A stretch of 64,000 bases of DNA from assembly GCA_040954595.2 (NCBI GenBank), contig CM082591.2, positions 11,363,309 through 11,427,308 on the forward strand, given 5' to 3'. The notes beneath the pieces are model-generated. The model was not told the DNA's origin. It worked only from the letters and a program-made list of their open reading frames with translations, and ran no database searches. This document shows positions 22,401 through 37,400 of the stretch, one piece after another (the first letter of the stretch is position 1; each line of letters starts with the position of its first letter). The stretch is from Balanoglossus misakiensis (taxonomy: Eukaryota > Animalia > Hemichordata). The position numbers and the translations under genes are program-made.

Positions 22401-25400
22401 TGCGCATAGGCCTATCATATGTCCTGCGCATCACAACAGAATTCGGTAAATAAACGAGGGTGTGTTTGGAAGCAATCATGGAAATTTTAGAACTATCCGT
22501 CCATCTACAGAGTCTAGTGGAAAACTTTCTTATGCGCATAGGCTTATCTATGTGTTCTACGCATCACAACAGAATTCGGTAAATAAACGAGGCTGTGTTT
22601 GGAAGCAACCATGGAAATTTTAGAACTATCCGTCCATCTACAGAGTCTAGTGGAAAACTTCCTTATGCGCTTAGGCCTATCATGTGTCCTAAGCATCACA
22701 GCAGAATTCAATTAATAAACGTGGCTGTGTTTGGAAGCAACCATGGAAATTTTAGAACTATCCGTCGATCTACAGAGTGTAGTCGAAAACTTTCTTATGC
22801 GCATAGACCTATCATGTGTTCTGCGCATCACAACAGAATTTTGTAAACAAACGAGGCTGTGTTTGGAAGCAACCATGGAAACTTTAGAACTATCCGTCGA
22901 TCTACAGAGTCTAGTGGAAAACTTTCTTATGCGCAAAGACCTATCATATGTTCTGCGCATCACAACAGAATTTTGTAAACAAACGAGGCTGTGTTTTGAA
23001 GCAACCATGGAAACTTTAGAACTATCCGTCGATCTACAGAGTCTAGTGGAAAACTTTTTTATGCGCATGGGCCTATCATGTATTCTGCGCATCACAACAG
23101 ATTTCCTTAAATAACGAGGCTGTGTTTGGAAGCAACCATGGAAATTTTAGAACTATCCGTCGATCTACAGAGTGTAGTCGAAAACTTTCTTATGCGCATA
23201 GACCTATCATGTGTTCTGCGCATCACAACAGAATTTTGTAAACAAACGAGGCTGTGTTTGGAAGCAACCATGGAAACTTTAGAACTATCCGTCGATCAAC
23301 AGAGTCTAGTGGAAAACTTTCTTATGCGCATAGACCTATCATATGTTCTGCGCATCACAACAGAATTTTGTAAACAAACGAGGCTGTGTTTGGAAGCAAC
23401 CATGGAAACTTTAGAACTATCCGTCGATCTACAGAGTCTAGTGGAAAACTTTCTTATGCGCATAGACCTATCATATGTTCTGCGCATCACAACAGAATTT
23501 TGTAAACAAACGAGGCTGTGTTTTGAAGCAACCATGGAAACTTTAGAACTATCCGTCGATCTACAGAGTCTAGTGGAAAACTTTTTTATGCGCATAGGCC
23601 TATCATGTATTCTGCGCATCACAACAGATTTCCTTAAATAACGAGGCTGTGTTTGGAAGCAACCATGGAAATTTTAGAACTATCCGTCGATCTACTGAGT
23701 CTAGTGGAAAACTTTCTTATGCGCATAGGCCTATCATGTGTTTTGCGCATCACAACAGAATTAAATTAATGAACGTAGCTGTGTTTGGAAGCAACCATGG
23801 AAATTTTAGAACTATCCGTCGATCTACTGAGTCTAGTGGAAAACTTTCTGATGCGCATAGGCCTATCATGTGTTTTGCGCATCACAACAGAATTAAATTA
23901 ATAAACGTAGCTTTGTTTGGAAGCAACCATGGAAATTTTAGAACTATCCGTCGATCTACTGTGTCTAGTGGAAAACTTTCTTATGCGCATAGGCCTATCT
24001 TGTGTTCTGCGCATCACAACAGAATTTTGTAAACAAACGAGGCTGTGTTTGGAAGCAACCATGGAAATTTTAGAACTATCCGTCGATCTACTGAGTCTAG
24101 TGGAAAACTTTCTTAAGCGCATAGGCCTATCTATGTGTTCTGCGCATCACAACAGAATTTTGTAAACAAACGAGGATGTGTTTGGAAGCAACCATGGAAA
24201 CTTTAGAACTATCCGTCGATCTACAGAGTCTAGTGGAAAACTTTCTTATGCGCATAGACCTATCATATGTTCTGCGCATCACAACAGAATTTTGTAAACA
24301 AACGAGGCTGTGTTTTGAAGCAACCATGGAAACTTTAGAACTATCCGTCGATCTACAGAGTCTAGTGGAAAACTTTTTTATGCGCATAGGCCTATCATGT
24401 ATTCTGCGCATCACAACAGATTTCCTTAAATAACGAGGCTGTGTTTGGAAGCAACCATGGAAATTTTAGAACTATCCGTCGATCTACAGAGTGTAGTCGA
24501 AAACTTTCTTATGCGCATAGACCTATCATGTGTTCTGCGCATCACAACAGAATTTTGTAAACAAACGAGGCTGTGTTTGGAAGCAACCATGGAAACTTTA
24601 GAACTATCCGTCGATCTACAGAGTCTAGTGGAAAACTTTCTTATGCGCATAGACCTATCATATGTTCTGCGCATCACAACAGAATTTTGTAAACAAACGA
24701 GGCTGTGTTTGGAAGCAACCATGGAAACTTTAGAACTATCCGTCGATCTACAGAGTCTAGTGGAAAACTTTCTTATGCGCATAGACCTATCATATGTTCT
24801 GCGCATCACAACAGAATTTTGTAAACAAACGAGGCTGTGTTTTGAAGCAACCATGGAAACTTTAGAACTATCCGTCGATCTACAGAGTCTAGTGGAAAAC
24901 TTTTTTATGCGCATAGGCCTATCATGTATTCTGCGCATCACAACAGATTTCCTTAAATAACGAGGCTGTGTTTGGAAGCAACCATGGAAATTTTAGAACT
25001 ATCCGTCGATCTACCGAGTCTAGTGGAAAACTTTCTGATGCGCATAGGCCTATCATGTGTTTTGCGCATCACAACAGAATTAAATTAATGAACGTAGCTG
25101 TGTTTGGAAGCAACCATGGAAATTTTAGAACTATCCGTCGATCTACTGAGTCTAGTGGAAAACTTTCTGATGCGCATAGGCCTATCATGTGTTTTGCGCA
25201 TCACAACAGAATTAAATTAATAAACGTAGCTGTGTTTGGAAGCAACCATGGAAATTTTAGAACTATCCGTCGATCTACTGAGTCTAATGGAAAACTTTCT
25301 TATGCGCATAGGCCTATCATGTGTTCTGCGCATCACAACAGAATTTTGTAAACAAACGAGGCTGTGTTTGGAAGCAACCATGGAAATTTTAGAACTATCC

Positions 25401-28400
25401 GTCGATCTACTGAGTCTAGTGGAAAACTTTCTTAAGCGCATAGGCCTATCTATGTGTTCTGCGCATCACAACAGAATTTTGTAAACAAACGAGGATGTGT
25501 TTGAAAGCAACCATGGAAACTTTAGAACTATCCGTCAATCTACAGAGTCTAGTGGAAAACTTTCTTATCCTCATAGGCCTATCATGTGTTCTGCGCATCA
25601 CAACAGAATTTTGTAAACAAACAAGGCTGTGTTTGGAAGCAACCATGGAAACTTTCGAACTATCCGTCGATCTACAGAGTCTAGTGGAAAACTTTCTTAT
25701 GCGCATAGGCTTATCTATGTGTACTACGCATCACAACAGAATTCGGTAAATAAACGAGGCTGTGTTTGGAAGCAATCATGGAAATTTTAGAACTATCCAT
25801 CCATCTACAGAGTCTAGTGGAAAACTCCTTATGCGCATAGGCCTATCATGTGTCCTGCGCATCACAACAGAATTCAATTAATAAACGTGGCTCTGTTTGG
25901 AAGCAACCATCGAAATTTTAGAACTATCCGTCGATCTACACAGTCTAGTGGAAAACTTTCTTATGCGCATAGACCTATCATGTGTTCTGCGCATCACAAC
26001 AGAATTTTGTAAATAAATTAACGAGGCTGTGTTTGGAAGCAACCATGGAAATTTTAGAACTATCCGTCCATCTACAGAGTCTAGTGGAAAACTTCCTTAT
26101 GCGCTTAGGCCTATCATGTGTCCTGCGCATCACAACAGAATTCAATTAATAAACGTGGCTGTGTTTGGAAGCAACCATGGAAATTTTAGAACTATCTGTC
26201 GATCTACCGAGTCTATCAGAAAACTTTCTCGTGCGCATAGGTCTATCGTGTGTTCTGCGAATTACAACCGATTTCCTCAAATAAACGAGGCTGTGTTTGG
26301 AAGCATCCATGGAAATTTTATAACTATCCGTCGATCTACAGAGTCTATCAGAAAACTTTCTCATGCGCATAAGTCTATCGTGTGTTCTGCGCATCACAAC
26401 AGATTTCCTTAAATAAACGAGGCTGTGTTTGGAAGCAACCATAGAAATATTAGAACTATCCGTCGATCTACAGAGTCTAGTGGAAAACTTTCTTATGCGC
26501 ATAGGTCTATCGTGTGTTCTGCGAATCACAACAGATTTCCTCAAATAAACGAGGGTGTGTTTGGAAGCAACCATGGAAATTTTAGAACTATCCGTCCATC
26601 TACAGAGTCTAGTGGAAAACTTTCTTATGCGCATAGGCTTATCTATGTGTTCTACGCATCACAACAGAATTCGGTAAATAAACGAGGCTGTGTTTGGAAG
26701 CAACCATGGAAATTTTTGAACTATCCGTCCATCTACAGAGTCTAGTGGAAAACTTCCTTATGCGCTTAGGCCTATCATGTGTCCTGCGCATCACAACAGA
26801 ATTCAATTAATAAACGCGGCTGTGTTTGGAAGCAACCATGGAAATTTTAGAACTATCCGTCGATCTACTGAGTCTAGTGGAAAACTTTCTTATGCGCATA
26901 GACCTATCATATGTTCTGCGCATCACAACAGAATTTTGTAAACAAACGAGGCTGTGTTTTGAAGCAACCATGGAAACTTTAGAACTATCCGTCGATCTAC
27001 AGAGTCTAGTGGAAAACTTTTTTATGCGCATAGGCCTATCATGTATTCTGCGCATCACAACAGATTTCCTTAAATAACGAGGCTGTGTTTGGAAGCAACC
27101 ATGGAAATTTTAGAACTATCCGTCGATCTACAGAGTGTAGTCGAAAACTTTCTTATGCGCATAGACCTATCATGTGTTCTGCGCATCACAACAGAATTTT
27201 GTAAACAAACGAGGCTGTGTTTGGAAGCAACCATGGAAACTTTAGAACTATCCGTCGATCTACAGAGTCTAGTGGAAAACTTTCTTATGCGCATAGACCT
27301 ATCATATGTTCTGCGCATCACAACAGAATTTTGTAAACAAACGAGGCTGTGTTTGGAAGCAACCATGGAAACTTTAGAACTATCCGTCGATCTACAGAGT
27401 CTAGTGGAAAACTTTCTAATGCGCATAGACCTATCATATGTTCTGCGCATCACAACAGAATTTTGTAAACAAACGAGGCTGTGTTTTGAAGCAACCATGG
27501 AAACTTTAGAACTATCCGTCGATCTACAGAGTCTAGTGGAAAACTTTTTTATGCGCATAGGCCTATCATGTATTCTGCGCATCACAACAGATTTCCTTAA
27601 ATAACGAGGCTGTGTTTGGAAGCAACCATGGAAATTTTAGAACTATCCGTCGATCTACTGAGTCTAGTGGAAAACTTTCTTATGCGCATAGGCCTATCAT
27701 GTGTTTTGCGCATCACAACAGAATTAAATTAATGAACGTAGCTGTGTTTGGAAGCAACCATGGAAATTTTAGAACTATCCGTCGATGTACTGAGTCTAGT
27801 GGAAAACTTTCTGATGCGCATAGGCCTATCATGTGTTTTGCGCATCACAACAGAATTAAATTAATAAACGTAGCTGTGTTTGGAAGCAACCATGGAAATT
27901 TTAGAACTATCCGTCGATCTACTGAGTCTAGTGGAAAACTTTCTTATGCGCATAGGCCTATCATGTGTTCTGCGCATCACAACAGAATTTTGTAAACAAA
28001 CGAGGCTGTGTTTGGAAGCAACCATGGAAATTTTAGAACTATCCGTCGATCTACTTAGTCTAGTGGAAAACTTTCTTAAGCGCATAGGCCTATCTATGTG
28101 TTCTGCGCATCACAACAGAATTTTGTAAACAAACGAGGATGTGTTTGGAAGCAACCATGGAAACTTTAGAACTATCCGTCAATCTACAGAGTCTAGTGGA
28201 AAACTTTCTTATCCTCATAGGCCTATCATGTGTTCTGCGCATCACAACAGAATTTTGTAAACAAACAAGGCTGTGTTTGGAAGCAACCATGGAAACTTTA
28301 GAACTATCCGTCGATCTACAGAGTCTAGTGGAAAACTTCCTTATGCGCATAGGCCTATCTATGTGTTCTGCGCATCACAACAGAATTTTGTAAACAAACG

Positions 28401-31400
28401 AGGATGTGTTTGGAAGCAACCATGGAAACTTTAGAACTATCCGTCGATCTACAGAGTCTAGTGGAAAACTTTCTTATGCGCATAGACCTATCATATGTTC
28501 TGCGCATCACAACAGAATTTTGTAAACAAACGAGGCTGTGTTTTGAAGCAACCATGGAAACTTTAGAACTATCCGTCGATCTACAGAGTCTAGTGGAAAA
28601 CTTTTTTATGCGCATAGGCCTATCATGTATTCTGCGCATCACAACAGATTTCCTTAAATAACGAGGCTGTGTTTGGAAGCAACCATGGAAATTTTAGAAC
28701 TATCCGTCGATCTACAGAGTGTAGTCGAAAACTTTCTTATGCGCATAGACCTATCATGTGTTCTGCGCATCACAACAGAATTTTGTAAACAAACGAGGCT
28801 GTGTTTGGAAGCAACCATGGAAACTTTAGAACTATCCGTCGATCTACAGAGTCTAGTGGAAAACTTTCTTATGCGCATAGACCTATCATATGTTCTGCGC
28901 ATCACAACAGAATTTTGTAAACAAACGAGGCTGTGTTTGGAAGCAACCATGGAAACTTTAGAACTATCCGTCGATCTACAGAGTCTAGTGGAAAACTTTC
29001 TTATGCGCATAGACCTATCATATGTTCTGCGCATCACAACAGAATTTTGTAAACAAACGAGGCTGTGTTTTGAAGCAACCATGGAAACTTTAGAACTATC
29101 CGTCGATCTACAGAGTCTAGTGGAAAACTTTTTTATGCGCATAGGCCTATCATGTATTCTGCGCATCACAACAGATTTCCTTAAATAACGAGGCTGTGTT
29201 TGGAAGCAACCATGGAAATTTTAGAACTATCCGTCGATCTACTGAGTCTAGTGGAAAACTTTCTTATGCGCATAGGCCTATCATGTGTTTTGCGCATCAC
29301 AACAGAATTAAATTAATAAACGTAGCTGTGTTTGGAAGCAACCATGGAAATTTTAGAACTATCCGTCGATCTACTGAGTCTAGTGGAAAACTTTCTTATG
29401 CGCATAGGCCTATCATGTGTTCTGCGCATCACAACAGAATTTTGTAAACAAACGAGGCTGTGTTTGGAAGCAACCATGGAAATTTTAGAACTATCCGTCG
29501 ATCTACTGAGTCTAGTGGAAAACTTTCTTAAGCGCATAGGCCTATCTATGTGTTCTGCGCATCACAACAGAATTTTGTAAACAAACGAGGATGTGTTTGA
29601 AAGCAACCATGGAAACTTTAGAACTATCCGTCAATCTACAGAGTCTAGTGGAAAACTTTCTTATCCTCATAGGCCTATCATGTGTTCTGCGCATCACAAC
29701 AGAATTTTGTAAACAAACAAGGCTGTGTTTGGAAGCAACCATGGAAACTTTCGAACTATCCGTCGATCTACAGAGTCTAGTGGAAAACTTTCTTATGCGC
29801 ATAGGCTTATCTATGTGTACTACGCATCACAACAGAATTCGGTAAATAAACGAGGCTGTGTTTGGAAGCAATCATGGAAATTTTAGAACTATCCATCCAT
29901 CTACAGAGTCTAGTGGAAAACTCCTTATGCGCATAGGCCTATCATGTGTCCTGCGCATCACAACAGAATTCAATTAATAAACGTGGCTCTGTTTGGAAGC
30001 AACCATGGAAATTTTAGAACTATCCGTCGATCTACACAGTCTAGTGGAAAACTTTCTTATGCGCATAGACCTATCATGTGTTCTGCGCATCACAACAGAA
30101 TTTTGTAAATAAATTAACGAGGCTGTGTTTGGAAGCAACCATGGAAATTTTAGAACTATCCGTCCATCTACAGAGTCTAGTGGAAAACTTCCTTATGCGC
30201 TTAGGCCTATCATGTGTCCTGCGCATCACAACAGAATTCAATTAATAAACGTGGCTGTGTTTGGAAGCAACCATGGAAATTTTAGAACTATCTGTCGATC
30301 TACCGAGTCTATCAGAAAACTTTCTCATGCGCATAGGTCTATCGTGTGTTCTGCGAATTACAACCGATTTCCTCAAATAAACGAGGCTGTGTTTGGAAGC
30401 ATCCATGGAAATTTTATAACTATCCGTCGATCTACAGAGTCTATCAGAAAACTTTCTCATGCGCATAAGTCTATCGTGTGTTCTGCGCATCACAACAGAT
30501 TTCCTTAAATAAACGAGGCTGTGTTTGGAAGCAACCATAGAAATATTAGAACTATCCGTCGATCTACAGAGTCTAGTGGAAAACTTTCTTATGCGCATAG
30601 GTCTATCGTGTGTTCTGCGAATCACAACAGATTTCCTCAAATAAACGAGGGTGTGTTTGGAAGCAACCATGGAAATTTTATAACTATCCGTCCATCTACA
30701 GAGTCTAGTGGAAAACTTTCTTATGCGCATAGGCTTATCTATGTGTTCTACGCATCACAACAGAATTCGGTAAACAAACGAGGATGTGTTTGGAAGCAAC
30801 CATGGAAACTTTAGAACTATCCGTCAATCTACAGAGTCTAGTGGAAAACTTTCTTATGCGCATAGGCCTATCATGTGTTTTGCGCATCACAACAGAATTA
30901 AATTAATGAACGTAGCTGTGTTTGGAAGCAACCATGGAAATTTTAGAACTATCCGTCGATCTACTGAGTCTAGTGGAAAACTTTCTGATGCGCATAGGCC
31001 TATCATGTGTTTTGCGCATCACAACAGAATTAAATTAATAAACGTAGCTGTGTTTGGAAGCAACCATGGAAATTTTAGAACTATCCGTCGATCTACTGAG
31101 TCTAGTGGAAAACTTTCTTATGCGCATAGGCCTATCATGTGTTCTGCGCATCACAACAGAATTTTGTAAACAAACGAGGCTGTGTTTGGAAGCAACCATG
31201 GAAATTTTAGAACTATCCGTCGATCTACTGAATCTAGTGGAAAACTTTCTTAAGCGCATAGGCCTATCTATGTGTTCTGCGCATCACAACAGAATTTTGT
31301 AAACAAACGAGGATGTGTTTGAAAGCAACCATGGAAACTTCAGAACTATCCGTCAATCTACAGAGTCTAGTGGAAAACTTTCTTATCCTCATAGGCCTAT

Positions 31401-34400
31401 CATGTGTTCTGCGCATCACAACAGAATTTTGTAAACAAACAAGGCTGTGTTTGGAAGCAACCATGGAAACTTTCGAACTATCCGTCGATCTACAGAGTCT
31501 AGTGGAAAACTTTCTTATGCGCATAGGCTTATCTATGTGTACTACGCATCACAACAGAATTCAATTAATAAACGTGGCTCTGTTTGGAAGCAACCATGGA
31601 AATTTTAGAACTATCCGTCGATCTACACAGTCTAGTGGAAAACTTTCTTATGCGCATAGACCTATCATGTGTTCTGCGCATCACAACAGAATTTTGTAAA
31701 TAAATTAACGAGGCTGTGTTTGGAAGCAACCATGGAAATTTTAGAACTATCCGTCCATCTACAGAGTCTAGTGGAAAACTTCCTTATGCGCTTAGGCCTA
31801 TCATGTGTCCTGCGCATCACAACAGAATTCAATTAATAAACGTGGCTGTGTTTGGAAGCAACCATGGAAATTTTAGAACTATCTGTCGATCTACCGAGTC
31901 TATCAGAAAACTTTCTCATGCGCATAAGTCTATCGTGTGTTCTGCGCATCACAACAGATTTCCTTAAATAAACGAGGCTGTGTTTGGAAGCAACCATAGA
32001 AATATTAGAACTATCCGTCGATCTACAGAGTCTAGTGGAAAACTTTCTTATGCGCATAGGTCTATCGTGTGTTCTGCGAATCACAACAGATTTACTCAAA
32101 TAAACGAGGGTGTGTTTGGAAGCAACCATGGAAATTTTAGAACTATCCGTCCATCTACAGAGTCTAGTGGAAAACTTTCTTATGCGCATAGGCTTATCTA
32201 TGTGTTCTACGCATCACAACAGAATTCGGTAAACAAACGAGGATGTGTTTGGAAGCAACCATGGAAACTTTAGAACTATCCGTCAATCTACAGAGTCTAG
32301 TGGAAAACTTTCTTATGCGCATAGGCCTATCATGTGTTCTGCGCATCACAACAGAATTTTGTAAACAAACGAGGCTGTGTTTGGAAGCAACCATGGAAAT
32401 TTTAGAACTATCCGTCGATCTACTGAGTCTAGTGGAAAACTTTCTTAAGCGCATAGGCCTATCTATGTGTTCTGCGCATCACAACAGAATTTTGTAAACA
32501 AACGAGGATGTGTTTGAAAGCAACCATGGAAACTTTAGAACTATCCGTCAATCTACAGAGTCTAGTGGAAAACTTTCTTATCCTCATAGGCCTATCATGT
32601 GTTCTGCGCATCACAACAGAATTTTGTAAACAAACAAGGCTGTGTTTGGAAGCAACCATGGAAACTTTCGAACTATCCGTCGATCTACAGAGTCTAGTGG
32701 AAAACTTTCTTATGCGCATAGGCTTATCTATGTGTACTACGCATCACAACAGAATTCGGTAAATAAACGAGGCTGTGTTTGGAAGCAATCATGGAAATTT
32801 TAGAACTATCCATCCATCTACAGAGTCTAGTGGAAAACTCCTTATGCGCATAGGCCTATCATGTGTCCTGCGCATCACAACAGAATTCAATTAATAAACG
32901 TGGCTCTGTTTGGAAGCAACCATGGAAATTTTAGAACTATCCGTCGATCTACACAGTCTAGTGGAAAACTTTCTTATGCGCATAGACCTATCATGTGTTC
33001 TGCGCATAACAACAGAATTTTGTAAATAAATTAACGAGGCTGTGTTTGGAAGCAACCATGGAAATTTTAGAACTATCCGTCCATCTACAGAGTCTAGTGG
33101 AAAACTTCCTTATGCGCTTAGGCCTATCATGTGTCCTGCGCATCACAACAGAATTCAATTAATAAACGTGGCTGTGTTTGGAAGCAACCATGGAAATTTT
33201 AGAACTATCTGTCGATCTACCGAGTCTATCAGAAAACTTTCTCATGCGCATAGGTCTATCGTGTGTTCTGCGAATTACAACCGATTTCCTCAAATAAACG
33301 AGGCTGTGTTTGGAAGCATCCATGGAAATTTTATAACTATCCGTCGATCTACAGAGTCTATCAGAAAACTTTCTCATGCGCATAAGTCTATCGTGTGTTC
33401 TGCGCATCACAACAGATTTCCTTAAATAAACGAGGCTGTGTTTGGAAGCAACCATAGAAATATTAGAACTATCCGTCGATCTACAGAGTCTAGTGGAAAA
33501 CTTTCTTATGCGCATAGGTCTATCGTGTGTTCTGCGAATCACAACAGATTTCCTCAAATAAACGAGGGTGTGTTTGGAAGCAACCATGGAAATTTTAGAA
33601 CTATCCGTCCATCTACAGAGTCTAGTGGAAAACTTTCTTATGCGCATAGGCTTATCTATGTGTTCTACGCATCACAACAGAATTCGGTAAATAAACGAGG
33701 CTGTGTTTGGAAGCAACCATGGAAATTTTTGAACTATCCGTCCATCTACAGAGTCTAGTGGAAAACTTCCTTATGCGCTTAGGCCTATCATGTGTCCTGC
33801 GCATCACAACAGAATTCAATTAATAAACGCGGCTGTGTTTGGAAGCAACCATGGAAATTTTAGAACTATCCGTCGATCTACAGAGTGTAGTCGAAAACTT
33901 TCTTATGCGCATAGACCTATCATGTGTTCTGCGCATCACAACAGAATTTTGTAAACAAACGAGGCTGTGTTTGGAAGCAACCATGGAAACTTTAGAACTA
34001 TCCGTCGATCTACAGAGTCTAGTGGAAAACTTTCTTATGCGCATAGACATATCATATGTTCTGCGCATCACAACAGAATTTTGTAAACAAACGAGGCTGT
34101 GTTTGGAAGCAACCATGGAAACTTTAGAACTATCCGTCGATCTACAGAGTCTAGTGGAAAACTTTTTTATGCGCATAGGCCTATCATGTATTCTGCGCAT
34201 CATAACAGATTTTCTTAAATAACGAGGCTGTGTTTGGAAGCAACCATGGAAATTTTAGAACTATCCGTCGATCTACTGAGTCTAGTGGAAAACTTTCTGA
34301 TGCGCATAGGCCTATCATGTGTTTTGCGCATCACAACAGAATTAAATTAATAAACGTAGCTGTGTTTGGAAGCAACCATGGAAATTTTAGAACTATCCGT

Positions 34401-37400
34401 CGATCTACTGAGTCCAGTGGAAAACTTTCTGATGCGCATAGGCCTATCATGTGTTTTGCGCATCACAACAGAATTAAATTAATAAACGTAGCTGTGTTTG
34501 GAAGCAACCATGGAAATTTTAGAACTATCCGTCGATCTACTGAGTCTAGTGGAAAACTTTCTAATGCGCATAGGCCTATCATGTGTTTTGCGCATCACAA
34601 CAGAATTTTGTAAACAAACGAGGCTGTGTTTGGAAGCAACCATGGAAATTTTAGAACTATCCGTCGATCTACTTAGTCTAGTGGAAAACTTTCTTAAGCG
34701 CATAGGCCTATCTATGTGTTCTGCGCATCACAACAGAATTTTGTAAACAAACGAGGATGTGTTTGGAAGCAACCATGGAAACTTTAGAACTATCCGTCAA
34801 TCTACAGAGTCTAGTGGAAAACTTTCTTATCCTCATAGGCCTATCATGTGTTCTGCGCATCACAACAGAATTTTGTAAACAAACAAGGCTGTGTTTGGAA
34901 GCAACCATGGAAACTTTAGAACTATCCGTCGATCTACAGAGTCTAGTGGAAAACTTCCTTATGCGCATAGGCTTATCTATGTGTACTACGCATCACAACA
35001 GAATTCGGTAAATAAACGAGGCTGTGTTTGGAAGCAATCATGGAAATTTTAGAACTATCCGTCGATCTACAGAGTCTAGTGGAAAACTTTTTTACGCGCA
35101 TAGGCCTATCATGTGTCCTGCGCATCACAACAGAATTCGGTAAATAAACGAGGGTGTGTTTGGAAGCAACCATGGAAATTTTAGAACTATCCGTCCATCT
35201 ACAGAGTCTAGTGGAAAACTTTCTTATGCGCATAGGCTTATCTATGTGTTCTACGCATCACAACAGAATTCGGTAAATAAACGAGGCTGTGTTTGGAAGC
35301 AACCATGGAAATTTTAGAACTATCCGTCCATCTACAGAGTCTAGTGGAAAACTTCCTTATGCGCTTAGGCCTATCATGTGTCCTGCGCATCACAACAGAA
35401 TTCAATTAATAAACGTGGCTGTGTTTGGAAGCAACCATGGAAATTTTAGAACTATCCGTCGATCTACAGAGTGTAGTCGAAAACTTTCTTATGCGCATAG
35501 ACCTATCATGTGTTCTGCGCATCACAACAGAATTTTGTAAACAAACGAGGCTGTGTTTGGAAGCAACCATGGAAACTTTAGAACTATCCGTCGATCTACA
35601 GAGTCTAGTGGAAAACTTTCTTATGCGCATAGACCTATCATATGTTCTGCGCATCACAACAGAATTTTGTAAACAAACGAGGCTGTGTTTGGAAGCAACC
35701 ATGGAAACTTTAGAACTATCCGTCGATCTACAGAGTCTAGTGGAAAACTTTTTTATGCGCATAGGCCTATCATGTATTCTGCGCATCACAACAGATTTTC
35801 TTAAATAACGAGGCTGTGTTTGGAAGCAACCATGGAAATTTTAGAACTATCCGTCGATCTACTGAGTCTAGTGGAAAACTTTCTGATGCGCATAGGCCTA
35901 TCATGTGTTTTGCGCATCACAACAGAATTAAATTAATAAACGTAGCTGTGTTTGGAAGCAACCATGGAAATTTTAGAACTATCCGTCGATCTACTGAGTC
36001 TAGTGGAAAACTTTCTTATGCGCATAGGCCTATCATGTGTTTTGCGCATCACAACAGAATTAAATTAATGAACGTAGCTGTGTTTGGAAGCAACCATGGA
36101 AATTTTAGAACTATCCGTCGATCTACTGAGTCTAGTGGAAAACTTTCTGATGCGCATGGGCCTATCATGTGTTTTGCGCATCACAACAGAATTAAATTAA
36201 TGAACGTAGCTGTGTTTGGAAGCAACCATGGAAATTTTAGAACTATCCGTCGATCTACTGAGTCTAGTGGAAAACTTTCTGATGCGCATAGGCCTATCAT
36301 GTGTTTTGCGCATCACAACAGAATTAAATTAATAAACGAGGCTGTGTTTGGAAGCAACCATGGAAATTTTAGAACTATCCGTCGATCTACTGAGTCTAGT
36401 GGAAAACTTTCTTAAGCGCATAGGCCTATCTATGTGTTCTGCGCATCACAACAGAATTTTGTAAACAAACGAGGATGTGTTTGGAAGCAACCATGGAAAC
36501 TTTAGAACTATCCGTCAATCTACAGAGTCTAGTGGAAAACTTCCTTATGCGCATAGGCTTATCTATGTGTACTACGCATCACAACAGAATTCGGTAAATA
36601 AACGAGACTGTGTTTGGAAGCAATCATGGAAATTTTAGAACTATCCGTCGATCTACAGAGTCTAGTGGAAAACTTTTTTACGCGCATAAGCCTATCATGT
36701 GTCCTGCGCATCACAACAGAATTCGGTAAATAAACGAGGGTGTGTTTGGAAGCAACCATGGAAATTTTAGAACTATCCGTCCATCTACAGAGTCTAGTGG
36801 AAAACTTTCTTATGCGCATAGGCTTATCTATGTGTTCTACGCATCACAACAGAATTCGGTAAATAAACGAGGCTGTGTTTGGAAGCAACCATGGAAATTT
36901 TAGAACTATCCGTCCATCTACAGAGTCTAGTGGAAAACTTCCTTATGCGCTTAGGCCTATCATGTGTCCTGCGCATCACAACAGAATTCAATTAATAAAC
37001 GTGGCTGTGTTTGGAAGCAACCATGGAAATTTTAGAACTATCCGTCGATCTACAGAGTGTAGTCGAAAACTTTCTTATGCGCATAGACCTATCATGTGTT
37101 CTGCGCATCACAACAGAATTTTGTAAACAAACGAGGCTGTGTTTGGAAGCAACCATGGAAACTTTAGAACTATCCGTCGATCTACAGAGTCTAGTGGAAA
37201 ACTTTTTTATGCGCATAGGCCTATCATGTATTCTGCGCATCACAACAGATTTTCTTAAATAACGAGGCTGTGTTTGGAAGCAACCATGGAAATTTTAGAA
37301 CTATCCGTCGATCTACTGAGTCTAGTGGAAAACTTTCTGATGCGCATAGGCCTATCATGTGTTTTGCGCATCACAACAGAATTAAATTAATGAACGTAGC

